A DNA stretch of 64,000 nucleotides from NCBI GenBank assembly GCA_030650415.1, contig JAUSEG010000011.1, positions 1,687-65,686 of the forward strand, written 5' to 3'. This document shows positions 56,405-64,000 of the stretch, piece by piece. This stretch comes from a bacterium (GTDB lineage Bacteria > Patescibacteriota > Patescibacteriia > Patescibacteriales > GWC2-42-12). Position 1 is the first letter of the stretch; the number at the start of each line of letters is the position of its first letter. The notes below the pieces were generated by a model that did no database searches, had not been told where the DNA came from, and worked only from the letters and a program-made list of their open reading frames with translations. Both the position numbers and the translations under genes were made by a program.

Positions 56405-58019
56405 AACGTGATTTGCTTATTGACATTTCTATTAATTGTTTGTTTTTATTAAACCCGCCTGTTTGAAAACCGATTTTTTTATAAATTCTGATTGCCGGTT
56501 TGTTCCCCGGATAGACGCTAAGAATAATCTTATTTATTCCTAATTTTTTAAAAACATATTCCAATGACAGCTTAGTTGTCTCAAAACCAATTCCCCTTCC
56601 CCAATAATTTCTATCGCCGATTAACATGCCAAATCTAGCCTCTTGTTTATGTCCCTCAACCGGTTCTATCTTTACCGTACCGATATGTCTATGGCTTTTT
56701 TTATCAAAAATACCCATAAAAAAGATCTGGGAATTTTTAGAGTTACGCGCCAAATAATCTCTCAAACCAACCAAGGTACAATTTTTAGTCTCGAGGTATT
56801 TATTAACTTCTTTATCATTTAGCCAGTCACAATAATTCTGAGAAGTATCATTTAGATTCAATTTTCTTAAATACACTTGTTGGCCTATTATTTTATAGCC
56901 GTTTCTTTCCGCTCCGGCTAAAAAATATTTTTTTATCAAACCGGTAATAAATTTGACTTGGGCAATTGTCAAGCCCGGATAGCACGGTAGAGTCAGGCAA
57001 GAGCTTTGATATATTTCTTCATTAATTAACTTAACGTTTTGATAACCATTATTTCGATAATACGGATGGGAATATACAGCCGGGTAATGGAAATTAACAC
57101 CTACACCTTGGCTATTCAAATAGGCTGCTAGTTTATCCCGGTCTTCCGGATCAACCGCCCTGATCACATAAATATGACAAGAGGAATAATCATTCTTTAA
57201 TTCTAAGGGCAAAATGATTTCCCTTGTTCCTGCCAGCTCCTTTCCATACCATTTAAAAACTTTATGCCTTTGCTTGATAAATTTATTAATTTTACTTAGC
57301 TGGTTTACGCCTAAGGCCGCTTGAATATCGGTTAAACGGTAATTAAAACCCATCTCAATCATGACATTTTTCCCTTTTTTATCTTTATAAATGCCGTGGC
57401 TCCGCAAAAGCTTCAATTTATCGTAATATTTTTTATTATTGGTCAAAATCGCGCCGCCCTCGCCGGTAGTGATGCTTTTTACCGGATGAAAACTAAAAAC
57501 TGACATATCGGTATTCAATGAACCAATTTTTTTATTTTTATATCTGGCTCCAAGAGCGTGACAAGCATCATCAATCACCATTAATTTATATTTTTTAGCA
57601 ACTTTAATTATTTTATCCATCTCGCATGGCTGCCCGGAAAAATGAACCGGCACAATCGCTTTGGTTTTCCTGGTTATCAATTTTTCAATTTCATCTTCAT
57701 CAATATTGTAACTATCAATTCTGATATCGCAAAACACCGGCTTAACACCTAAAATTATTAGCATGTTCGCAGTGGCCACAAAGGTGTTGGCAGTAGTTAT
57801 TACTTCGTCGCCTTTCTTTAAGCCGGCCGCAAAATATGCCAAATGCAATGAGGCCGTGCCGCTCGAAACTGCCACAGCATACTTGGCCCCACAATATTTT
57901 GCCAAAGCCTTTTCAAATTCTAAAACTTTCGGTCCCTGTGTGAGCCAATCTGATTTTAAAACCTTAGCAACTTCACTCATATCCTTTTTATCAATAAATT
58001 GGTGGCCGTAAGGTATCAT
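56394..58019 (-). CDS. Fusion protein: a DegT/DnrJ/EryC1 PLP sugar aminotransferase (PseC-like) plus a C-terminal GNAT N-acetyltransferase.
   Basis: The N-terminal IPYGHQFIDKKD...SGTASLHLAY...HPVKSITTGEGG (PLP-Lys) region is followed by a GNAT motif A (NYWGRGIGFETTKLSLEYVF). Confidence 0.75.
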   Translation of the reverse strand: MIPYGHQFIDKKDMSEVAKVLKSDWLTQGPKVLEFEKALAKYCGAKYAVAVSSGTASLHLAYFAAGLKKGDEVITTANTFVATANMLIILGVKPVFCDIRIDSYNIDEDEIEKLITRKTKAIVPVHFSGQPCEMDKIIKVAKKYKLMVIDDACHALGARYKNKKIGSLNTDMSVFSFHPVKSITTGEGGAILTNNKKYYDKLKLLRSHGIYKDKKGKNVMIEMGFNYRLTDIQAALGVNQLSKINKFIKQRHKVFKWYGKELAGTREIILPLELKNDYSSCHIYVIRAVDPEDRDKLAAYLNSQGVGVNFHYPAVYSHPYYRNNGYQNVKLINEEIYQSSCLTLPCYPGLTIAQVKFITGLIKKYFLAGAERNGYKIIGQQVYLRKLNLNDTSQNYCDWLNDKEVNKYLETKNCTLVGLRDYLARNSKNSQIFFMGIFDKKSHRHIGTVKIEPVEGHKQEARFGMLIGDRNYWGRGIGFETTKLSLEYVFKKLGINKIILSVYPGNKPAIRIYKKIGFQTGGFNKNKQLIEMSISKSRYGL

Positions 58020-58023
58020 AAAT

Positions 58024-59016
58024 TTATAAATTTTTTAAATCTTTAACAATTTTAACCAGCTGTTCGCTTAATAGCCAATTATTATTGGTGTGGCTTTCGT
58101 AACAAAAATCCGGTGATAATTTTTTACCTTGTTGATAATACTTTTTGTACACTTCTGACAAAAATTGATAGCATTCACTTAAAATAATATAATAATTCCC
58201 CACTTCCACCGTATGCCTGGCTTCTTCCTTTGATAAAAGCATCTCATGAATTTTCTCTCCCGGCAGAGCACCGATTACTTCTCTTTTTACTCCCGGCTCA
58301 AGGGCTTCGAGAAAATCTACTAACTTCATACTGGGAATCTTGGGAATAAAAATTTCCCCTTTTTCCATATTTTCTAAGGCAAACATCACCAGTTCAAAAC
58401 TTTGCTCAAGAGTAATCCAAAATCTAGTCATTCTTTCATCGGTAATGGATACCGGCTGATGGCTCAACAACTTATCCACGATACTGCCCCGGCTACCGAT
58501 AACATTGCCGTAACGCACGCAGCTAAATTTGGTTTTACCGTCAGAATAAGAATTACCGCTAATGAATAATTTTTCGGCGCAAAGCTTGGTTGAACCATAT
58601 AAACTTGTCGGCTGGGCGGCTTTATCGGTGGAAACTAAGATGGCCCTTTCCACCCCCTGGTCAATGGCGGCATCAATTACATTTTGACTGCCCAAAATAT
58701 TAGTTTCCACTGCTTCAAAGGGATTATATTCCATGGTGGTGACCTGCTTTAAGGCAGCGGCATGAATGACTATATCAACGCCGTGGAAAGCGCGCTGCAA
58801 GCGGTGCAGGCTTCTGACGTCGCCGATAAAAAATCTGATCCTTTGGTTATTTTTCAATTCTACCTGCATTCGCGATTGCTTAAGTTCGTCCCGGCTAAAA
58901 ATTATAATTTTTTTTGCTTCAGAATTATTTAAAAGATACTTAACAAAACTCTTGCCGAAAGATCCGGTTCCGCCGGTAATTAAGATAGTTTTATTTCTTA
59001 AAATTTCCATGGACAT
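58024..59016 (-). CDS. UDP-GlcNAc 4,6-dehydratase (PseB/FlaA1/CapD-like SDR).
   Basis: KTILITGGTGSFGKSF and the TDKA...YGSTK catalytic triad region. Confidence 0.8.
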   Translation of the reverse strand: MSMEILRNKTILITGGTGSFGKSFVKYLLNNSEAKKIIIFSRDELKQSRMQVELKNNQRIRFFIGDVRSLHRLQRAFHGVDIVIHAAALKQVTTMEYNPFEAVETNILGSQNVIDAAIDQGVERAILVSTDKAAQPTSLYGSTKLCAEKLFISGNSYSDGKTKFSCVRYGNVIGSRGSIVDKLLSHQPVSITDERMTRFWITLEQSFELVMFALENMEKGEIFIPKIPSMKLVDFLEALEPGVKREVIGALPGEKIHEMLLSKEEARHTVEVGNYYIILSECYQFLSEVYKKYYQQGKKLSPDFCYESHTNNNWLLSEQLVKIVKDLKNL

Positions 59017-59020
59017 ATAT

Positions 59021-60457
59021 TTATTTTAATTCATTAATTATAATTCTTAAAATATTATCAGTACAGTCTTGCTTGGTTATTTTTTTATTCCTATTAAAAT
59101 AATTTTCCACAAACCCGTGAATACTGGCTATTTCTAAGGCCTTAAAGTAATTTATAATCGACTGATTATCGGATTGATAACCACTTTCGATTTTTCTTAT
59201 CGCCGACCGGCAAGTTTCCACATTATTAACTTTAAAAACGCCCGGGCAATCACTGTACCACGCGTAACCAAAAACTAGGGCCGGCTTGCGCCGCACAGCC
59301 GCCTCCCAGCCGGCTGTGCCTGTAACTGTCGCCACTGCTTGCGATTGCTTAATTAGAAAAAAAGTGTCTGTTTTAACAGGAATCAACCTAACCTTATCTA
59401 TTTGAGAAATCTGGCGATAATATCCGGGGTAACGACTATCAGTAAAGTTCAAACCGAAACCTAGCCAAGTCGTTGGATGTTCTTTAACGTAGATTACCCA
59501 ATCTTTTGGCAATGAACTCGCTAAAATTCTAATCATTAATATTTGATTAGTGAAGACCCCGCCCATCGGACTGGTTGAACATTCAGGCTGATAATGCAAA
59601 GGCACATAAATAAATTTTTTAGTAAAATCTGGCCGAGGTTCATAAAAACGGTGATATTCTTTTTGCGGGTTATCAATCAATAATTTTTTTAAATATAATG
59701 GAACTTTTTTAAATATAGTAAAATCCCTTAAGCTTTTTAAGGTAATTCTTATTTTTAAAATAATTTTATTTTTCAAGCTGCCCTTCTTTAAAAAATCTTG
59801 AATATAGCTTGGGGTAGCATCATTGCCTTCGGTTGTATTGAATTTATAATATAGGCGCAAGTCTTCACTCAAATCTTCCAAAGAAAAATTTTTGTCCTTA
59901 TTTCTGGTTGACTCCGACAATAACTTCCTAGAACCCTCACGAATATTATCATACCAAATCATTCTACCGGCTATCCCGATATCGTGAAATATCAATACTC
60001 TTATATTTTGCTGACGCGCCATTTCATAAATTATATAGTTATAGCCAGGATGCGGAGGGGCGGATATAATCATCGCCTCTGGCTTATATTGATTAAATAC
60101 TCCATTCCAATAGCTTAACCAGCCATAGTAATAATTTTTTCGTTCATCTACGCATATTCCTTTAAAATGCTTATTCATCATGGTTAAAATTATTGATTCA
60201 GCGCTTGAAAATTTATTGATTAATTCTTCGCTGGGTGGATCAAATTTGACTTGTTTCAACTCGTTTGGCGGAACGCCTATCCAAGCATCCCAATGATCAT
60301 GTAAAATTATTCCGGAAAATTTTCCTTCTTCTTTTTTAGCTTTTACAAATTTTTTATTGGCTACCCAATAGACTAACTCGTGTCCGTTTTTCTTTAAGCT
60401 GGAAACTAAATTTAAAAATTCCGGACTATCATCTAACCAAATCAATAATATACGCAT
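59021..60457 (-). CDS. Hypothetical protein, possibly a capsule/polysaccharide glycosyl- or phospho-transferase (KpsS/CDP-glycerol transferase-like).
   Basis: The only evidence is its position in the sugar cluster. No motif was securely recognised. Confidence 0.25.
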   Translation of the reverse strand: MRILLIWLDDSPEFLNLVSSLKKNGHELVYWVANKKFVKAKKEEGKFSGIILHDHWDAWIGVPPNELKQVKFDPPSEELINKFSSAESIILTMMNKHFKGICVDERKNYYYGWLSYWNGVFNQYKPEAMIISAPPHPGYNYIIYEMARQQNIRVLIFHDIGIAGRMIWYDNIREGSRKLLSESTRNKDKNFSLEDLSEDLRLYYKFNTTEGNDATPSYIQDFLKKGSLKNKIILKIRITLKSLRDFTIFKKVPLYLKKLLIDNPQKEYHRFYEPRPDFTKKFIYVPLHYQPECSTSPMGGVFTNQILMIRILASSLPKDWVIYVKEHPTTWLGFGLNFTDSRYPGYYRQISQIDKVRLIPVKTDTFFLIKQSQAVATVTGTAGWEAAVRRKPALVFGYAWYSDCPGVFKVNNVETCRSAIRKIESGYQSDNQSIINYFKALEIASIHGFVENYFNRNKKITKQDCTDNILRIIINELK

Positions 60458-60478
60458 AAAAAATAAATAATTAAAATT

Positions 60479-61513
60479 TTAAAAGTTTTCAACCGACAAT
60501 AATATTTTTTTTATCCCCGCCACCGTCAATTTTTTAACATTTTTAGAAGAATAATCTCCTGTTTTAGCCTTTCTGGCCCCCAGATAACAGTCATTTTTTA
60601 AAAACTCATAACCAGAGCTTGGCTCCAATAAATTCGGCAAAACGATAAACATGTCATCCAATTCCAAGGCGCCAATAGATTCTTCGATGGTTAGCAGCTT
60701 TTCATGGATTCTTTCACCACCGTTTTTTCCAATAATCTTCACGGAAACTTTCTGACTAATTTTATTTTTTTCACAACAGACCTCTGTCACGGCTCGAGCT
60801 AAATCTTTTAAAGTTACGACCGGCATTTTTAGCACAAAAATTTCATTATTCTTCATTAATTCAACAGATTTAAAAACCAGTCGGACCGCTTGCGGAATTG
60901 ACATAATAAATCTTGTCATCTTCGGATCGGTAACTGTAATCGGCTGACCAGACTTGATTTGGTTAATAAATAATGGGACGACTGACCCGCGCGTGCCCAA
61001 AACATTGCCAAAGCGTACACAGCAAAATTTTGTTTTCTTCTTTCCTTTATAAAGGAAGCTGGCTAAAATCAATTTTTCCGCTAGAAGCTTGGTACAACCC
61101 ATAACATTAGTCGGGTCCGTGGCTTTATCGGTTGAAATCATGATAACTTTGTCAACTTGATTGGCGTAGGCGCAATCAATCACGTTTTGCGTCCCCTGTA
61201 CATTGGTTTTGACCGCTTCAAAAGGATTCCTCTCGCAGGCTACTACATGTTTTAAAGCGGCCGCATGAAAGACAATATCAATATTTTCCATTGCCATGTT
61301 CAATCGCTCTTTATCGCGCACATCGCCAATTAAAAAATTCACCGATGCCGGCGGGTAAATTTTGTGCATCAATTCAAACTGTTTAGTTTCATCGCGGCTA
61401 TAAACCCTAACCTGATAAGGCTGGCACTTTAATAGTTCTTTAACAATCGCCGAACCGATTGAACCGGTGCCGCCGGTCACTAGTATTCTTTTATTTTTAA
61501 ATTCATTGGCCAT
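60479..61513 (-). CDS. Second PseB/CapD-like NAD(P)-dependent sugar dehydratase/epimerase.
   Basis: KRILVTGGTGSIGSAIVKELL and STDKATDPTNVMGCTK. Confidence 0.8.
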   Translation of the reverse strand: MANEFKNKRILVTGGTGSIGSAIVKELLKCQPYQVRVYSRDETKQFELMHKIYPPASVNFLIGDVRDKERLNMAMENIDIVFHAAALKHVVACERNPFEAVKTNVQGTQNVIDCAYANQVDKVIMISTDKATDPTNVMGCTKLLAEKLILASFLYKGKKKTKFCCVRFGNVLGTRGSVVPLFINQIKSGQPITVTDPKMTRFIMSIPQAVRLVFKSVELMKNNEIFVLKMPVVTLKDLARAVTEVCCEKNKISQKVSVKIIGKNGGERIHEKLLTIEESIGALELDDMFIVLPNLLEPSSGYEFLKNDCYLGARKAKTGDYSSKNVKKLTVAGIKKILLSVENF

Positions 61514-61523
61514 AAATTTAATA

Positions 61524-62648
61524 TTAATGATTCAATCTATTTATTTCATTTAATAGTTTAGCAATTATATATTTACAGTCCTGCTCAGTTAAACCGAGAT
61601 AAATCGGTAAAGCCAAACTATATTCGCTCATTTCTTCGCTGATCGGAAAATCGCCATTTTTATAACCGAATAATTTTTTATAAAAATTAAACAAATGGAT
61701 AGAGGGTAAATATGGTTTCGTGCTGACGCCGATATTTTTTAATTTTTTTATTAGTAAATTGCGATTAATTTTTTTATTTTTTATTTTAATGACATAAACA
61801 AACCAGGTATGAGTATTTCCCGCGGCAACGCTCGGCGCCTGGATTAACTCGCTATAAGGCGCTAAAATTTTATTATACCAAGCGGCGATTTTCCTCCGCT
61901 CCCTAATCATAAAATCAAGTTTAGCGAGCTGGCTTATGCCTAAAGCGCAGCTCATTTCATCCAGCCGGTAATTATAACCCAAATATTTGTGATCCAGCCA
62001 TTGATCATTTTCCGCCCGCCCTTGATTTTTTAAACTCTGGCAGATTTCATAAATTTTTTTGTTATTGGTTACGATCATGCCGCCTTCACCAGTGGTCATC
62101 TGCTTATTTGGATAAAAAGCGAACACTCCGGCCTGGCCGAATGTGCCGGCCGGCTGGCCTTTATAAGTCGCGCAGACTGACTCGCAGGCGTCTTCAATAA
62201 TCTGTAATTTATATTTTTTAGCCAATTTCATAATCTGGTCCATCTCACAGGGTTGGCCAAAAATATGCACCACCAAGATCGCTTTAGTTTTTCTGGTAAT
62301 TTTTTCTTCAATTTTATCAAAATTTATATTATAAGTAAGCGGGTCAATATCAACGAATACCGGCTTAGCGCCGACATATAATATTGAATTGGCCGAGGCC
62401 ACGAAAGAAAAAGGCGTGGTTACCACTTCGTCCCCTGCGCCTAAGCCGCAAGCAAGCATTACCAGATGCAAGCCGGCCGTACCGCTAGAAACCGCACAGG
62501 CATATTTTACGCCTAACTTCTTGGCAAATTTTTTTTCAAATTCGCTGATTTTTGGCCCCAAGCTCAAATAATCGGAATCTAACACGGCTAAAACGCTTTT
62601 TTTATCTTTAGCCGTAATATAGGGCTTGGCGATTGGATAATATTTCAT
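61524..62648 (-). CDS. DegT/DnrJ/EryC1 PLP sugar aminotransferase (PseC/LegC-like).
   Basis: SGTAGLHLVM...NKQMTTGEGG (PLP-Lys). Confidence 0.8.
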   Translation of the reverse strand: MKYYPIAKPYITAKDKKSVLAVLDSDYLSLGPKISEFEKKFAKKLGVKYACAVSSGTAGLHLVMLACGLGAGDEVVTTPFSFVASANSILYVGAKPVFVDIDPLTYNINFDKIEEKITRKTKAILVVHIFGQPCEMDQIMKLAKKYKLQIIEDACESVCATYKGQPAGTFGQAGVFAFYPNKQMTTGEGGMIVTNNKKIYEICQSLKNQGRAENDQWLDHKYLGYNYRLDEMSCALGISQLAKLDFMIRERRKIAAWYNKILAPYSELIQAPSVAAGNTHTWFVYVIKIKNKKINRNLLIKKLKNIGVSTKPYLPSIHLFNFYKKLFGYKNGDFPISEEMSEYSLALPIYLGLTEQDCKYIIAKLLNEINRLNH

Positions 62649-63064
62649 TTTGATTTATTTGTTAGCTTTTTTATTATTTTAATCGGTACTCCGCAAGCGA
62701 TTACATTGGGCGGAATATTTTTGTTAACGAAACTAAAAGCACCTATCACGGAATTCTCTCCGATAGTAACTCCGGGCATAACCACGCTATGCGAACCAAG
62801 ACAACATTTTTTTTTCAACACGACTTTGCCAATTTTATTATCAATAGTAGATACTGAATAGATAGAACAATGCGATCCGATTTGCACCTCGGCCTCAATC
62901 GTCACGCCGTATTTAGCGTTAATATAGGTAAAAGCTCCAATATCGGTTTTATAGCCCAGCTCGAGATTATTCTTATTTTGAACCAGCCAATTATATTTTG
63001 TCAGTTTTCCTTCTTTAATTTTTGGTTTTTTCCAATTGTTAAATCTTTCACTTATAAATTTCAT
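62645..63064 (-). CDS. Hexapeptide-repeat acetyltransferase (PseH/WbbJ-like).
   Basis: LbH periodicity (IGSHCSIY, LGSHSVVMPGVTIGENSVIGA). Confidence 0.65.
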   Translation of the reverse strand: MKFISERFNNWKKPKIKEGKLTKYNWLVQNKNNLELGYKTDIGAFTYINAKYGVTIEAEVQIGSHCSIYSVSTIDNKIGKVVLKKKCCLGSHSVVMPGVTIGENSVIGAFSFVNKNIPPNVIACGVPIKIIKKLTNKSK

Positions 63065-63711
63065 ATTATTTCTCTAATAATAATAAAAGCTTCTGCCGCC
63101 AGTAAGCCAGATTCTACTCCCCTCTTCTTGGCCATGACAGTTATGCCTTCCAAGGATCTCGGATGGGGATATTTTCTTAATTCGCTTTTATAGCAAGCCA
63201 TTGCTTTTAATTTATCTTTTAAAGTTTCTGTTATATCCATATACAATGTAGGCATAAATTGTTTTACTCCCCAGGCTGCCCCCGAAGGAGTTTCATAGGC
63301 TAAAATCTTTTTTATTTTATTTCTAAACGGTCTGGCGGAAACAAGGCAGGCCTCAAAAACTAAACGATGATCTTGGTTTAAATCTCCGACATAAGGAATA
63401 TATAAAATTTCAGGATCAACTTCTTCTATAACTTCGCTAATTTTATCATTTAACTCCTTTTGCGGAATTGTATCAAGCTTGACGGTCGGCAACTCTAAAA
63501 AATACGTTTTTTTAAATCCTAAAACCGCGTTGGATTTCTTTATGTCTACCGCCTTATCTTTCAGATATTTTTCAGTCCAATCGGGCGCATAGGCCTTAGT
63601 AACAACACAAAGAAAAGCCTCGTCTCCTTCATTCACGTATCTTTTAATCATTCCCCCGCAGCCTAAAACTTCGTCGTCGGGATGAGGAGCGATAACCAAT
63701 ATTTTTTTCAT
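63061..63711 (-). CDS. PIG-L/LmbE-family deacetylase (second copy).
   Basis: VIAPHPDDEVLGCGG. Confidence 0.75.
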   Translation of the reverse strand: MKKILVIAPHPDDEVLGCGGMIKRYVNEGDEAFLCVVTKAYAPDWTEKYLKDKAVDIKKSNAVLGFKKTYFLELPTVKLDTIPQKELNDKISEVIEEVDPEILYIPYVGDLNQDHRLVFEACLVSARPFRNKIKKILAYETPSGAAWGVKQFMPTLYMDITETLKDKLKAMACYKSELRKYPHPRSLEGITVMAKKRGVESGLLAAEAFIIIREII

Positions 63712-63721
63712 AATATTAAAG

Positions 63722-63991
63722 TTATTTTCTTACGGACACAATAAAATGAGAGACTTTCCTGGCCATATTATTTATGGTTCTCTCCGTGTACTCAATTTTA
63801 ATATCACCAAATTGCCGCCACTGTGATTTTAGCTCTTTTTTATCAAAAAAATGGATAATTGTCTGCGTTTCAACAAAATTTTTTATGTAATAAGTGTCTT
63901 TTTCCATCCTCGCTCCGCCTTTATATAAAGAGTCGCGCTTGGTTTTGCATAATGAGAAAATACGGCCGCCCGGCTTTAAAATTCTCTCCAT
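63722..63991 (-). CDS. C-terminal part of a probable SAM methyltransferase. The gene may continue beyond the window.
   Basis: LKPGGRIF is typical of the post-motif-III region of class I methyltransferases. The window ends at 64000. Confidence 0.35.
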   Translation of the reverse strand: MERILKPGGRIFSLCKTKRDSLYKGGARMEKDTYYIKNFVETQTIIHFFDKKELKSQWRQFGDIKIEYTERTINNMARKVSHFIVSVRK

Positions 63992-64000
63992 CTCCGATAT

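Noticed and set aside
1-64000. Search for tRNA, rRNA and CRISPR arrays
   Set aside because: No tRNA T-arm (GGTTCGAATCC-like) or CCA-end hairpin cassette was found, there is no rRNA-like conserved block, and there are no regularly spaced direct repeats with unique spacers. All repeat loci are palindromic, which makes them MITE/REP-like rather than CRISPR.

Overview
This 64 kb window is a low-GC (~35-40%), gene-dense bacterial segment, and nearly all genes lie on the minus strand. Several unusual domain fusions and the small protein sizes are consistent with a Patescibacteria/CPR-like genome, but that assignment is an inference. Three blocks can be read from the sequence. The first (about 5.9-20.2 kb) is a surface-glycan locus: several GT2 and GT4 glycosyltransferases, a dTDP-rhamnose pathway (an RmlA-GT2 fusion, RmlD, RmlB and an RmlC-like cupin), a membrane-embedded processive QxxRW glycosyltransferase and a GH-A-like hydrolase. 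The second (27.9-45.3 kb) is a housekeeping block: murB, mreC, mreB, secF, secD, a Nudix hydrolase, secA, hpf, rseP, frr and holB. The third (45.4-64 kb) is a nonulosonic-acid-type sugar cluster (pseudaminic/legionaminic-like), with a NeuB-like synthase, a cytidylyltransferase, two PseB-like dehydratases, two DegT aminotransferases (one fused to a GNAT), hexapeptide acetyltransferases, PIG-L deacetylases, a B12-radical SAM enzyme, methyltransferases and WbqC. Other elements are a hicB-hicA toxin-antitoxin pair, a YkgJ (CxxCxxCC) plus tRNA-binding fusion, a sigma-70 region-4 plus HARE-HTH protein, and an operon of a membrane protein, a VirD4/TraG-like P-loop ATPase with a C-terminal Zn-ribbon, and a PHP phosphoesterase. 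The most striking feature is a dense set of small modular nested-palindrome repeats (MITE/REP/RPE-like) in at least three families. They fill most intergenic spacers, artificially lengthen several ORF starts, and are inserted in frame into secA (three times) and into a PfkB kinase. A ~1.5 kb island at 26.15-27.7 kb has much higher GC (~55%), SD-less A/C-rich leaders and a secreted protein with a signal peptide ending in 'FAQ'. It is the only plus-strand unit in that region and looks horizontally acquired. SecD carries two parvulin-type PPIase domains inserted in its periplasmic head. No rRNA, tRNA or CRISPR array could be recognised by eye.
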